Origin: Clostridia bacterium
GTDB taxonomy: Bacteria > Bacillota > Clostridia > Christensenellales > CAG-138
Direction of reading: 5' to 3'
DNA: 64,000 bases
Assembly (NCBI GenBank): GCA_017538255.1
Contig: JAFYJD010000009.1
Span: 13,428-77,427 of the forward strand
The translations under genes were made by a program, and so were the position numbers. Under the pieces are notes generated by a model. That model ran no database searches and was not told where the DNA came from. It worked only from the letters and a program-made list of their open reading frames with translations. Shown in pieces: positions 32,483 through 44,120 of the stretch. Every line of letters starts with the position of its first letter. Positions within the stretch are counted from its first letter, which is position 1.

Positions 32483-32685
32483 ACCGCGCTTCGATCCGCG
32501 TCGGCATATAACTATAGGTACAAAGCGGGTAGATATTTCGTATCGCTTTGAGCGCGCTAACTATGCTCAAAGGGACTGTTCGGCACAACGGCAAAAACGT
32601 GCATGGCGCATCCGCCGAACGCCGATTTTCGGTTTTTTGACAGCGAACGCCCGATTCACTTGGGCGCAGCGGAGCATCCTCAAAA

Positions 32686-32715
32686 CCAAAAGCCGCCCGC
32701 GGTTGCGGGCGGCTT
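32686..32715 (-). terminator. Terminator after the second BlaI-like gene
   Basis: aagccgcccgc-ggtt-gcgggcggctt followed on the minus strand by TTTTGGTTTT. Confidence 0.8.
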
Positions 32716-32728
32716 CTCCGTTTAATCT

Positions 32729-33106
32729 TTAGTGCAAAATGTTTCTTACGGTTTCGGAAAGTCTGAGGATATCTGTCTTATCGCAGATGTTGGTCTTGTA
32801 CATAAGGGATACGAAATCGGACAAGGACGCGCCTTTTTCACCGTTGATGAGAGCGCCTCTTGAACGCACAATGTACTCGGCGGGGGTGAGGGTGGGCTCG
32901 TACAGATAACTGCGAACCTGTTTGCCGCAGATCTTGATATAGCCCTTGGCGTGGAGGCGGTTCACGAAGGTCTGAACGGTTTGATATGTCCAGTCGTGAT
33001 CGCGGATCTCGTGCCAAACTTCGGTGATGATAACGGGTTTTTTCGCGGCCCAGATAACCTGCATTATCTTGAGTTCAGCCGCAGAAACATCTTTGATTGG
33101 TTGCAT
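32729..33106 (-). CDS. BlaI/MecI/CopY-family transcriptional repressor (orphan, no M56 partner)
   Basis: VSAAELKIMQVIWAAKKPVIITEVWHEIRDHDWTYQTVQTFVNRLHAKGYI is the typical Penicillinase_R winged helix. AGGAG lies 8 nt upstream. Confidence 0.8.
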   Translation of the reverse strand: MQPIKDVSAAELKIMQVIWAAKKPVIITEVWHEIRDHDWTYQTVQTFVNRLHAKGYIKICGKQVRSYLYEPTLTPAEYIVRSRGALINGEKGASLSDFVSLMYKTNICDKTDILRLSETVRNILH

Positions 33107-33328
33107 ACTTTTGCCACTCCTGATTTAGTTTAACAAAGCCATAAGAAATATTTAAACGGTCTTGTTTATTGAAAATTATATAGTATGTTTGGCTGTTTTG
33201 CAATATCATATCGAACGAAATACGAAAAAAAGGGACACAATTTGCGCCAAAAGACGACACAACTACCGCGAGTTCACAATTTTGCCACAATTGCGCCCCT
33301 GATATGATAATTTTCACAAGGATATATA

Positions 33329-34102
33329 TCAAACATATTTGCGCATTCTGCTCAGGGCGGATTTTTCAAGCCTGCTTACCTGCGCCTGGCTCACGCCGAC
33401 CTCATCCGCGACCTCGGTCTGCGTTTTTCCGCGGAAAAAGCGGAGCGTCAGTATCCTGCGTTCGCGCTCTGTCAGGCGGCTCAACCCCTCGTTCAGCGCG
33501 ATCGAGTTCACGAGTATCTCGTCGCTGACGGTCTCGTCGCGTATCTGATCCACTATGTAGACCGCGTCGCCGTCGTCGCGGTAGAGAGGCTCATTTATCG
33601 AAACGGGGTCGGAGATGGCGTCAAGCGCAAATACGACTTCTGATTCTTCAACGCCCAGTTCCCGCGCGATCTCGTCAAGGCGAGGCTCAACGCCTTTTTC
33701 GTCGATCAGGCGGTTGCGCGTACTGATCGCCCTGTACGCCGTATCGCGCATCGACCGCGTAACGCGTATGCTGCTGTTATCGCGCAAAAAGCGGCGTATC
33801 TCGCCGATTATCATCGGTACGGCATAGGTGGAAAAGCGCACGTTATGCGAGGGGTCGAAGTTGTCGAGCGCCTTTATCAGTCCGATACAGCCGACCTGAA
33901 ACAGATCGTCGGGCGGCTCGCCGCGTCCCGAAAAGCGCTGTATAACGCTTAGCACGAGTCTGAGGTTTCCGGTTATGAACTCGCTGCGCGCGTCCTCGTC
34001 GCCGCCGCGGATCCTTTCGAGCAATTCAACGCTCTCGCGATGGCTTATCTTCGGCAGCGTGCAGGTGTCCACGCCGCAGATCTCAACCTTGTTAACTGCC
34101 AT
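33329..34102 (-). CDS. sigG: Sporulation sigma factor SigG
   Basis: MAVNKVEICGVDTCTLP...GNLRLVLSVIQRF..RGE..DDLFQVGCIGLIKALDNFD.SHNVRFSTYAVPMIIGEIRRFLRDN..IRV.RS is near-colinear with B. subtilis SigG as I recall it. Confidence 0.88.
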   Translation of the reverse strand: MAVNKVEICGVDTCTLPKISHRESVELLERIRGGDEDARSEFITGNLRLVLSVIQRFSGRGEPPDDLFQVGCIGLIKALDNFDPSHNVRFSTYAVPMIIGEIRRFLRDNSSIRVTRSMRDTAYRAISTRNRLIDEKGVEPRLDEIARELGVEESEVVFALDAISDPVSINEPLYRDDGDAVYIVDQIRDETVSDEILVNSIALNEGLSRLTERERRILTLRFFRGKTQTEVADEVGVSQAQVSRLEKSALSRMRKYV

Positions 34103-34145
34103 AATTTCCTCCGTGCCGCATAGGTTTTTTAGGCGGCTTCACATA

Positions 34146-34176
34146 TAGTTATGGCTGAAAACGGCGGGGAATATTC
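34146..34176 (-). promoter_or_regulatory. Candidate forespore (SigF/SigG-type) promoter of sigG
   Basis: Minus strand: GGAATA (-35), 18 nt, CATAACTA (-10). Compare the SigG consensus TGAATA-N17/18-CATACTA. There is one extra base in the -10. Confidence 0.35.
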
Positions 34177-34514
34177 CGCGGCAAAGAGCGTATTTGAGAT
34201 TATGCGGACGAAATATGATGAAACGCCTTTTAAACTGCTCCAAGAGTCGTATTCGGTCTATGGACGGCGCTGTATGGGGCGGCAGACGGCGCTTAAAGTC
34301 GGCTTGCAGATGCGCTTTGATATGCCTGATCGCGAAAAAAGTTGCAAAATAAACAAAATTATGATAAAATATGAAACTGCGGAAATATTGAAAAGACAAA
34401 GGCATAGGTCAAAACTTATCACCAAGGGATCATCTGATCTGTCCAAGACCGCTTTCCACGATGCGCAAAACACGGAACGCGGCCGCAACTAAACGTAAAG
34501 GAGTGATCTAATTG

Positions 34515-36461
34515 ATGAACAAACGATCTATTCTGATCAAGTTATTTTCGATCGCGATCGCGGCGGCGGTGGTATTTACCGCATTGCCCGCTTTCGCCGC
34601 AGGAAAGAAGGCCCCCTCGGCGGAAAATACAGCCGAGCGGACGCAGTTGGGTCCTGCCGAGGACGAGCCCGATGTCGGGCCGGGCAGCAGAGCGGACTTT
34701 GAGCCGTCGCAGTTGCTTCCGTATGACGGAGAGCGGTATGTTTTCACGCGTGAGGATAACAGGCAGCGCGGAATGAGGGACGACTACTCTTATGTAAGAG
34801 TGCGTATCACCGTCGGCTCAACAAACAAGATCGATCTCTCGTTTGCGGGCGGATATTACATCGACCAAAACCTTGCGCCGATCATCGGCACCGAGGACGC
34901 GCCCAAAAAACTCACGTTCACGGCGTCAAGCGGCAAAGTCAAGGTTACTTCGGGCTCGGATGTGCTGTATACGGGCGCGGTCGTCGACCTTAACAGAACA
35001 AATATGGCGGAGGAGGGCGGTTATTCGATACTCACGACTGCCGCCAACAGTTCCAACAGCGGCAGAAAATACCTCGGCAATATGCGCGTCAGCGTGAACT
35101 CGGACGGTACGATAAGGCTGATAAACACGATCCCGACGGCGCATTACCTCTATGGCATTGTGCCGTATGAACTCAGCGAAAGTTCGCCGCTTGAGGCGCT
35201 CAAGGCGCTGGCCGTAACCGCAAAGACCTATGCTTTCGGCTTCACGCTCGCGGGGGATGATTACGACATCACCGACTCGTTCACCTATCAGGGTTATCGT
35301 GGCTATAAGCCGGGCTACACCAAATGTATGCTCGCGTGCCTTTCGGTACGGGGCAAGATACTGATGAACAACAACAGCGTGCCGATCGTATTCTACGGTG
35401 CGACGAACGGTGGCGAGACCGCGCTTCCGTCGCATATGACGGGCTATACGCATGTGGATTATCTGTTTGAAGTTAAACTCGACGACGTAGATATTTCGGA
35501 GGGCGCGAGCAGGCGTCAGACCTTAACGATCGAGTATAACAAGAGCATTGCAAACGCCGCGTTCAAATCGCTTGTCGAACGCGAAGCGGGCAAGGTCGCG
35601 GGTCAGACCGTTGAAGCGCTCTACATAACCTCGGCCGAGGTCAACACTCCCGCATATGAGGGCTGTGTGCGCAACCTGACCCAACTGAAGCTGACAGTTC
35701 GCGTCAAGGCAAACGGCGCGGAGCGCAACATCACCTGCTCATTCCCCACAAAGTATCTCAAGGATTGCGGCATATTCAACAAGAATTACAGGATCTACTG
35801 GGGAAGTGCGGTGTCGGGCGGCTATGAAGTGTATTTTTGCAGGCACGGACACGGTGTCGGCCTGTCCCAGCTCGGCGCGGTGGGCTATGCAAAACTCGGG
35901 TACGATTATAAGTATATCCTGAACTTCTATTTCAGCAAGATGAACCAGGTCGACGTAACCGAAGCCAACCCCGAAACGCCGGTCATAACCACGCAGAACG
36001 TGCTCGCGTTCGGCGCGATCAACGAATCTGTCGTAAGGCTGCGCAGCGGCCCGAGCACAAGTTCCGCAATATTGGACAGGCTCACCTTGGGCACCCACGT
36101 GGATATCATCGGAGAGGACAGCGACTGGCTGATCTGTAATGTAAACGGTTTGATCGGCTATGTGCGCGGCGACCTTATCGATATAAAACTCGTTCCGTCG
36201 CCGAACGGCGCACAGCAGAGTATAGGCAAGGCCAACGTGCTTACCCTGTCGAACGGAGCAACGCCCGTTGCGCGCGTAGGTCCATCCGTGTACTGTTCAG
36301 AAGCGTTTAATTTGACTCCTGGCGCCGAGATCGAACTCTGGAGCAAGATCGGCTCATGGTACCACGCAAGGATCAACGGCGCGTTCGCATTCGTATCCTC
36401 GTCAAGCGTGTCTACCCCCGTTTGGACGGCGACCAAACTGCACAGAAGACTTGTGCCCTGA
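34515..36461 (+). CDS. spoIID: SpoIID/LytB-domain protein with two C-terminal SH3b-like domains
   Basis: Signal/TM N-terminus and a SpoIID core (YLYGIVPYELSESSPLEALKALAVTAKTYA...GHGVGLSQLGA). The C-terminus has two SH3-like segments (VRLRSGPSTSSAILDRL..G..V; ..ARVGPSVYCSEAF..). Confidence 0.85.
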   Translation: MNKRSILIKLFSIAIAAAVVFTALPAFAAGKKAPSAENTAERTQLGPAEDEPDVGPGSRADFEPSQLLPYDGERYVFTREDNRQRGMRDDYSYVRVRITVGSTNKIDLSFAGGYYIDQNLAPIIGTEDAPKKLTFTASSGKVKVTSGSDVLYTGAVVDLNRTNMAEEGGYSILTTAANSSNSGRKYLGNMRVSVNSDGTIRLINTIPTAHYLYGIVPYELSESSPLEALKALAVTAKTYAFGFTLAGDDYDITDSFTYQGYRGYKPGYTKCMLACLSVRGKILMNNNSVPIVFYGATNGGETALPSHMTGYTHVDYLFEVKLDDVDISEGASRRQTLTIEYNKSIANAAFKSLVEREAGKVAGQTVEALYITSAEVNTPAYEGCVRNLTQLKLTVRVKANGAERNITCSFPTKYLKDCGIFNKNYRIYWGSAVSGGYEVYFCRHGHGVGLSQLGAVGYAKLGYDYKYILNFYFSKMNQVDVTEANPETPVITTQNVLAFGAINESVVRLRSGPSTSSAILDRLTLGTHVDIIGEDSDWLICNVNGLIGYVRGDLIDIKLVPSPNGAQQSIGKANVLTLSNGATPVARVGPSVYCSEAFNLTPGAEIELWSKIGSWYHARINGAFAFVSSSSVSTPVWTATKLHRRLVP

Positions 36462-36475
36462 TAACTTTACAGACA

Positions 36476-36530
36476 AAAAAGCCGCCCCTTGGCGCACATC
36501 CTTAAACGGACGTGCCGGAGCGGCTTTTTT
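36476..36530. terminator. Long imperfect hairpin/terminator between convergent spoIID and MGMT-like genes
   Basis: aaaaaagccgcccc...ggagcggctttttt with an inner stem, plus A-run and T-run flanks. Confidence 0.65.
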
Positions 36531-36551
36531 CTTATTTATATGCTCGCGCGG

Positions 36552-36854
36552 TCAGGGCCGCCAGCGGTATTTGTTCATATCGACATGCCCGTCAATAAAG
36601 CCTACGCCCTCTTTTTCAAGAAGCGTGATCTGCGCGTTCTCACCGCCGAACGCAAACGCGCTCGAAACTCTGCCCTCCTTGTTCACAACGCGGTGGCAGG
36701 GGATGCTCGAGGGATCGGGGTTGACGTGCAGCGCATAGCCTACAACGCGCGACAGCCGCGGATTGCCCGCAAGCGCGGCGATCTGTCCGTAGGTGGCGAC
36801 CTTGCCGCGCGGTATGCGCTTGACCTGTTCGTAGATCAGTTCAAATGTGTTCAT
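36552..36854 (-). CDS. MGMT-family (methylated-DNA-protein-cysteine methyltransferase DNA-binding domain) protein
   Basis: IPRGKVATYGQIAALAGNPRLSRVVGYAL...IPCHRVVNKEGRVS has the PCHR active-site motif. ATG at 36854 follows GGAG. Confidence 0.85.
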   Translation of the reverse strand: MNTFELIYEQVKRIPRGKVATYGQIAALAGNPRLSRVVGYALHVNPDPSSIPCHRVVNKEGRVSSAFAFGGENAQITLLEKEGVGFIDGHVDMNKYRWRP

Positions 36855-37004
36855 ATTTCGCTCCGTTTTTATCCGTGGCGTTCGCCTCGGGTTTGAGTGC
36901 ATTATGATTATACCACGAACGCGCGGTTTTTATCAGCCTTTTTTCGATCATCGCACACGATCGTGGGCGCGGAAGTAATATGCGCGGACGGCATCGATTC
37001 GGTG

Positions 37005-37033
37005 TTGTAATTCGCTCGCAAAAATGTTATAAT
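37005..37033 (+). promoter_or_regulatory. Sigma-A-type promoter of the atp operon
   Basis: TTGTAA (37005-37010), 17 bp, TATAAT (37028-37033) with TGt extended -10. Confidence 0.6.
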
Positions 37034-37050
37034 AAACCGATTATGGAAAA

Positions 37051-37551
37051 ATGCAGAGTCCGCCGTTCCGCAGAGCGGCGGCGAAAGGCGGCAAAGTGCA
37101 CGATCCCGCAGTAAAAAAAGAAACGCTTCGCATCGCTCTCGGTACGCTCATACTGAGCGCCGTTATGCAGGGCGTGTTCCTCATCATAGGCAAATGGGAT
37201 ATAAGAGTGCTCTTTGGAAACATCCTCGGCGCCGCAGCAGCCGTGCTCAATTTCTTTTTGATGTGTCTGACCGTCGTCAAATGCGTCGGGATCGAAAAGG
37301 ACAGGGCGGCGGTCAAGATACGCGTTTCGCAGAGCGGCAGGCTGTTGATGCTTGCGGCGATCGCGGGAGTCGGTGCGCTGCTTCCCAAGTATTTCAACCT
37401 CATCGCGCTGATTTTGCCCCTACTTTTTCCGACGGTCATAGTGATAGTTTACAGGCTTGCGCACAAAGAAAAAGACGGCGCGCCAAGTGCCTCGCGCGAA
37501 CCGCAGCCAAACGCCGACCTTAAGTATACAAACGAGGAAGTATCGGATTGA
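37051..37551 (+). CDS. atpI: ATP synthase protein I-like small membrane protein
   Basis: First gene of the atp operon, with hydrophobic segments (LGTLILSAVMQGVFLII; ILGAAAAVLNFFLMCL; LLMLAAIAGVGALL; LILPLLFPTVIVIV). The stop overlaps the atpB TTG start. The start codon is uncertain. Confidence 0.6.
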   Translation: MQSPPFRRAAAKGGKVHDPAVKKETLRIALGTLILSAVMQGVFLIIGKWDIRVLFGNILGAAAAVLNFFLMCLTVVKCVGIEKDRAAVKIRVSQSGRLLMLAAIAGVGALLPKYFNLIALILPLLFPTVIVIVYRLAHKEKDGAPSASREPQPNADLKYTNEEVSD

Positions 37552-38423
37552 AAAAGTCGCTTCGTTTTAAAACAGTCGATATTCTGCTTATAGCCCTTAT
37601 GATACTGCCGATAGCCTTCGGCGTCGTCGTCAGGGTATTGACCAAGCCCGCCGCCGAGGGCGTTCAGATAGGCGGCGCGCTGATATTCGCGCGCTTCAAA
37701 CTTCCGCTTCAAGACCTGTTTTTCTCGGAAGCGACGCTCAACAGCCTGCTCGTGCTCGTATCGCTGACGGCGATGGCGCTCTATATGACCCACGGCATCC
37801 GCGCGGGTGTCAAATGTCGCAGGCATCTGATTGCCGAATGGATCGTCGAAAGCACCGACAACCTCGTAAAAAACAATATGGGCCCGTTCTTCAGGGCGTT
37901 CTCGCCGTTTATCTGCGCGATACTCGGCTATTCCGCGCTGTCGAGCCTCTCGTCGCTCGTGGGGCTGTTCCCGCCGACCTCAGATTTTTCAACGGTGTTC
38001 GGCTGGGCGCTGCTCGTTTTCGTGCTGATTACCTACTATAAACTCAAAGGCGGAACGTGGAACTACGTCAAGGGCTATTTTGAGCCGATCCCGTTCTTCG
38101 CGCCCCTCAACGTCATCGGTGAGATAGCGACGCCGATCTCGATGAGTTTCCGTCATTACGGCAATATCCTGTCCGGCTCCGTCATCTCCGCGCTGATCGC
38201 AAGCGCGCTCGGCGGACTCACACGGGCGGTATTCGGCGAGGTCTGCCGCGTGCCCGTATTGCAGATAGGCCTGCCCGCGGTGCTGTCGATCTATTTTGAC
38301 GTATTCAGCGGACTGTTGCAGGCGTTCATCTTCGCGATGCTTACCATGCTCAACATCTCCGGCGGATTCCCCGAGGAACTGTACAAAAAACGAATGAAAA
38401 AAAAGGCAAAGCGCCGCGCATAA
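37548..38423 (+). CDS. atpB: F0F1 ATP synthase subunit a
   Basis: Polytopic protein with the conserved ..PISMSFRHYGNILSG.. (essential Arg) and ..IYFDVFSGLLQAFIFAMLT. Confidence 0.92.
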   Translation: MKKSLRFKTVDILLIALMILPIAFGVVVRVLTKPAAEGVQIGGALIFARFKLPLQDLFFSEATLNSLLVLVSLTAMALYMTHGIRAGVKCRRHLIAEWIVESTDNLVKNNMGPFFRAFSPFICAILGYSALSSLSSLVGLFPPTSDFSTVFGWALLVFVLITYYKLKGGTWNYVKGYFEPIPFFAPLNVIGEIATPISMSFRHYGNILSGSVISALIASALGGLTRAVFGEVCRVPVLQIGLPAVLSIYFDVFSGLLQAFIFAMLTMLNISGGFPEELYKKRMKKKAKRRA

Positions 38424-38771
<348 letters not shown>

Positions 38772-38820
38772 ACCGCCATTCGGCGCAAGAAACAAAAAAA
38801 CCTGTTCGGAGTAAACAAAA

Positions 38821-39348
38821 ATGCAGAGTTTGGATGTTATTTCAATTAACATCTGGCAGATCATCATATCGCTTGTTAATCTGCTGATACTGTTTTTTAT
38901 ACTTAAAAAGTTCCTCTACAAGCCCGTGCGCGAGATGCTCGCAAAGCGTCAGGCGGCGGTGGACGAGGTCTATTCGCTTGCAAATGAAGCGCTCGAGGCC
39001 GCTCACCGCGACAGGGAAGAGTACGAGCAAAAACTGCTCGGCGCAGACGAGGAATGCGATGAACTGCTTCGCACCGCTCAACAGAACGCCGCAAGGCGCA
39101 GCGGAAGCATCATCAAAGAGGCCGAGGAAAAGGCTGCGGGTATGATAAGGCGCGCCGAAAACGAGATCGAACTCGAAAAGAACGGCGCCACGGCGGAGAT
39201 GAAGCATCAGATCGCGGAACTGTCCGTTCAACTTGCCGAAAAACTGCTTGAAAGGGAGATGAACGCGGACGATCACCGCGAGTTCATCGACTCGTTCATA
39301 AACTCGATCGGCACGGAAAGCGAGGGCGGCAATGTCGGCGATAGGTAA
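38821..39348 (+). CDS. atpF: F0F1 ATP synthase subunit b
   Basis: Single N-terminal TM segment, then a long charged helix (KRQAAVDEVYSLANEALEAAHRDREEYEQKL...). Confidence 0.88.
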   Translation: MQSLDVISINIWQIIISLVNLLILFFILKKFLYKPVREMLAKRQAAVDEVYSLANEALEAAHRDREEYEQKLLGADEECDELLRTAQQNAARRSGSIIKEAEEKAAGMIRRAENEIELEKNGATAEMKHQIAELSVQLAEKLLEREMNADDHREFIDSFINSIGTESEGGNVGDR

Positions 39349-39862
39349 TGAATACGGCGGCGCGATATTCCTTCTCGCAAGGGAAGAGAATATCCTCGAC
39401 GAAGTGTCCGAAGCGCTTGAACAAGCGGATCGCGTTTTCGCGGAGCAGCCGCTGTATTTGGATTTTCTCGCAACGCCCGGCATACCCATTGAGGAACGCA
39501 TTGGCGCGATCGGCGGCGCTTTCCACGGCAGGGTGCCGGACTGCGTCGCGGATTTCATCTGTCTGCTTGTCGAAAAAGGCTATATACGCCACTTCGGCGA
39601 GTGCAGGGAACAGTTCGAAAAAGCATACAACAGCCTGTACGACATCGCACTCGCGGAGGCGGTATCGGTTCGTGAGTTGACCGAAGACGAAAAGAGCCAA
39701 CTCAAACTCAGCCTCGAAAGGTCGATTGGCAGGCACATAAAACTTTCAACATCGGTCGATAAAGACCTTGTCGGCGGAATGACAGTCCGCATCGACGGCA
39801 AACTTTACGACGGCAGTCTGCGCACGCGCATATCCGAGATCCTGGAGGAACTTACAAAATGA
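39332..39862 (+). CDS. atpH: F0F1 ATP synthase subunit delta (OSCP)
   Basis: Position in the operon, and a C-terminus ..[28 protein letters not shown] typical of delta. Confidence 0.88.
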   Translation: MSAIGNEYGGAIFLLAREENILDEVSEALEQADRVFAEQPLYLDFLATPGIPIEERIGAIGGAFHGRVPDCVADFICLLVEKGYIRHFGECREQFEKAYNSLYDIALAEAVSVRELTEDEKSQLKLSLERSIGRHIKLSTSVDKDLVGGMTVRIDGKLYDGSLRTRISEILEELTK

Positions 39863-41361
39863 ATCTGCGACCTGAAGAGATCAGTTCAATAATCAAAGAC
39901 CAAATCAAGAATTACAGAAGCCGCATCGAACTGCACGAGACCGGCACCGTTATACTCGTCGGCGACGGCATCGCAAAGGCGCACGGTCTCAGAAACTGCG
40001 TCGCAAACGAGATGCTCGAGTTCCCCGACGGCAGCGTCGGCATCGCGCAGAACCTCGAGGACGAGGTGGTTTCGATCGCGGTGCTTTCCGATACGGCGGA
40101 CATCCACGAGGGCACCGTCGTAAGGCGCACGGGCAAGGTCGTTTCCGTGCCCGTGGGCTCCGCGCTGCTTGGCAGAACGGTCAACGCGCTCGGCGCGCCG
40201 ATAGACGGCAAGGGCCCGGTGCCATCGACCGAGGCAAGGCCTATCGAATCCGAAGCCCCCGGTATCATAAGAAGAAAGAGCGTTGCCGTACCGCTGCAAA
40301 CGGGCATAAAGGCAATCGACAGTATGATCCCGATCGGCAGGGGACAGCGCGAACTCATAATCGGCGACCGTCAGACGGGCAAGACAGCGATCGCCGTCGA
40401 TACGATAATCAACCAGCGCGGCAAGGGCGTTATCTGCATCTATGTTGCGATAGGGCAAAAGAGCAGTTCAGTTGCCCAGATAGCCGACAGGCTCGAGGCT
40501 GCGGGCGCTATGGAATACACGATAATCGTTTCCGCAGCCGCGTCCGAGAGCGCATGCCTTCAGTATATCGCGCCCTATTCCGGCTGCGCTATGGCGGAGC
40601 ATTTCCGCGAGCAGGGCAGGGATGTGCTGATAGTCTACGACGATCTATCAAAGCATGCTGTTGCCTACCGTGCGCTTTCATTGCTCATTCGCCGTCCTCC
40701 GGGTCGAGAAGCCTACCCTGGCGACGTGTTCTATCTGCATTCGCGCCTTCTCGAGAGGGCGGCCTGCGTCGCGCCGGAATACGGCGGCGGCTCGATAACC
40801 GCCCTGCCGATAATCGAGACCCAGGCGGGCGATGTTTCGGCGTATATCCCGACCAACGTCATTTCCATTACCGACGGCCAGATCTTCCTCGAAACGGAAC
40901 TCTTCCACGCGGGCATTATGCCGGCGATCAACCCCGGCATCTCGGTCAGCCGTATAGGCGGCAGTGCACAGCTGAAGCCTATGAAAAAGGTCTCCGGCGA
41001 ACTCAAACTGCTGTATTCGCAGTACAGGGAACTTCAGGCGTTCGCGCAGTTCGGAAGCGATCTTGACGCGGATACGCGCGCAAGGCTCGATCTTGGCGAC
41101 CGCATCGTCGAGGTGCTTAAGCAAAAGCGCAATTCGCCGCTCTCCGTCGCGTGTCAAACGGCGATCATCTACGCCGTTACGAACGGCTATCTAAACGATG
41201 TCGCCGTCGGCGATGTGTCCGAATACGAGAGCGAACTCTACGAATTCCTAAAAACGCATCACAGCGCGCTTATGGATAGGCTCGACGCTGGGCATTTCGA
41301 TCTCGAAGATATCGAAAACCTCAAGGCGGCGCTTGCTGAAATGAACAAAAACCATAACTAA
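39859..41361 (+). CDS. atpA: F0F1 ATP synthase subunit alpha
   Basis: GDRQTGKT Walker A, and a full-length alpha sequence. Confidence 0.97.
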   Translation: MNLRPEEISSIIKDQIKNYRSRIELHETGTVILVGDGIAKAHGLRNCVANEMLEFPDGSVGIAQNLEDEVVSIAVLSDTADIHEGTVVRRTGKVVSVPVGSALLGRTVNALGAPIDGKGPVPSTEARPIESEAPGIIRRKSVAVPLQTGIKAIDSMIPIGRGQRELIIGDRQTGKTAIAVDTIINQRGKGVICIYVAIGQKSSSVAQIADRLEAAGAMEYTIIVSAAASESACLQYIAPYSGCAMAEHFREQGRDVLIVYDDLSKHAVAYRALSLLIRRPPGREAYPGDVFYLHSRLLERAACVAPEYGGGSITALPIIETQAGDVSAYIPTNVISITDGQIFLETELFHAGIMPAINPGISVSRIGGSAQLKPMKKVSGELKLLYSQYRELQAFAQFGSDLDADTRARLDLGDRIVEVLKQKRNSPLSVACQTAIIYAVTNGYLNDVAVGDVSEYESELYEFLKTHHSALMDRLDAGHFDLEDIENLKAALAEMNKNHN

Positions 41362-41381
41362 ACCAACTGACGGAGCGTAAG

Positions 41382-42314
41382 ATGAGCGCAAACATCAAGC
41401 GACTCAAAGCACGAATAAAGAGCGTTGATTCAACGCTGCACCTCACAAAGGCGATGCAGCTCGTCGCGTCGGGCAAGATCCGAAAGGCGACGGAGCAGCT
41501 GCACGCTTCAAGGAGTTATACCGACGCGGTCAAAAGCGTGGTCAGCGCCCTTGCAAGAAGCAAGGAATGCGCTTATTCGCCGTTCATCGCCGGCCATAAA
41601 GCGGGCAAGAACACGGGGAAAACGCTCCTTATCGTCATCGCGGGCGATCGCGGGCTGGCGGGCGGATACAATTCCAACGCCTTCCGCCTTGCTGATTCCG
41701 TAAATGCCGACGAACTCGTGCCGATAGGCAGGCGCAGCGTCGACCGCGCGATCGGCGGTGCGCACGGCAGGATGAGCCCCGTCAGCGAAGGCTACGCGAC
41801 GGAACGCTTTACGCCGGAGGACTCAAAACGCCTCGCAAGCGCGATCTGCGAAAGATACCTTTCGGGCGAGATCGGCAGGGTCATGATCGTTTCAACGCGC
41901 TATGTATCGGTCTTGACGCAGAACGCCGTGCTGACCCAACTGCTGCCGGTAGACAAAAACGCGTCGATTGAGATGTTCTCAAACCGAGGCAAGGATCAAA
42001 AACGCTCCAATAAGGAGGACGCGGCGCCCAAAGCCGAACACGAACTCGAGGACGGCGGCTATATGGAGTTTGAGCCCGACCCCAATTCGGTGCTCTCTGT
42101 CGCGATACCCGAGTATGTTTCGAGTATGATCTACGGCGCCGTGCGCGAGAGTTTTGCAAGCGAGGTCGCCGCAAGGCGCTTTGCAATGGATTCCGCCACA
42201 AAGAACGGCATCGTTATGAAGGATAATCTCAGCCTTGAATACAACCGCGCGCGCCAGGGCGCGATAACGCAGGAAATCGTGGAGATCGTTGCGGGCGCGG
42301 GGGATAAGCAGTAA
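41382..42314 (+). CDS. atpG: F0F1 ATP synthase subunit gamma
   Basis: IKRLKARIKSVDSTLHLTKAMQLVASGKIRKA... N-terminus and ...ARQGAITQEIVEIVAGA C-terminus. Confidence 0.93.
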   Translation: MSANIKRLKARIKSVDSTLHLTKAMQLVASGKIRKATEQLHASRSYTDAVKSVVSALARSKECAYSPFIAGHKAGKNTGKTLLIVIAGDRGLAGGYNSNAFRLADSVNADELVPIGRRSVDRAIGGAHGRMSPVSEGYATERFTPEDSKRLASAICERYLSGEIGRVMIVSTRYVSVLTQNAVLTQLLPVDKNASIEMFSNRGKDQKRSNKEDAAPKAEHELEDGGYMEFEPDPNSVLSVAIPEYVSSMIYGAVRESFASEVAARRFAMDSATKNGIVMKDNLSLEYNRARQGAITQEIVEIVAGAGDKQ

Positions 42315-43751
<1,437 letters not shown>

Positions 43752-43780
43752 CAAAACTTTGAGTTGTATTTCGATAAAAG

Positions 43781-44044
43781 ATGAAAGAGTTCGATCTTAA
43801 AATCTCGACCCCCGCGGGCGACACGTTTTCGGGCAAAGCCGTTCAACTGACGGTCCGCGGCACAGAGGGCTCGCTTGGCATCCTTGCGGGGCATATCCCG
43901 TTCGTAACGGTGATAAAACCCTCGGAATGCCATTTCACCCTGCCCGACAACACCCAAAAGACCTTCGCTACGGGCGGCGGTCTGCTGCTTGTGGAAAGCG
44001 ACGCTGTTACCGTGCTTTCAAGTGAGATCAAACTGACCGACTGA
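43781..44044 (+). CDS. atpC: F0F1 ATP synthase subunit epsilon (short form, beta-sandwich only)
   Basis: LKISTPAGDTFSGKAVQLTVRGTEGSLGILAGHIPFVTVIKP... is the N-terminal epsilon domain. The ORF stops at 87 aa, before the usual C-terminal helical hairpin. Confidence 0.85.
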   Translation: MKEFDLKISTPAGDTFSGKAVQLTVRGTEGSLGILAGHIPFVTVIKPSECHFTLPDNTQKTFATGGGLLLVESDAVTVLSSEIKLTD

Positions 44045-44073
44045 AGGGTTTTGGGTCAAAAAACGCATAAACG

Positions 44074-44110
44074 AAAAATACCGCAAAGCAATTGCTTGGC
44101 GGTATTTTTT
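44074..44110. terminator. Bidirectional terminator after the atp operon
   Basis: ataccgcaaagca-at-tgcttggcggtat flanked by an A-run and a T-run. Confidence 0.8.
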
Positions 44111-44120
44111 GTACAAACTG

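Noticed and set aside
32239-32511. 90-aa frame starting at ATG 32239
   Set aside because: It has only 4 nt of spacing from the SD and an extremely Arg-rich product. The overlapping frame starting at 32243 is preferred.
34151-34492. 113-aa plus-strand ORF in the sigG/spoIID intergenic region
   Set aside because: This is an AT-rich regulatory region with no RBS and an atypical composition. It overlaps the proposed sigG promoter.
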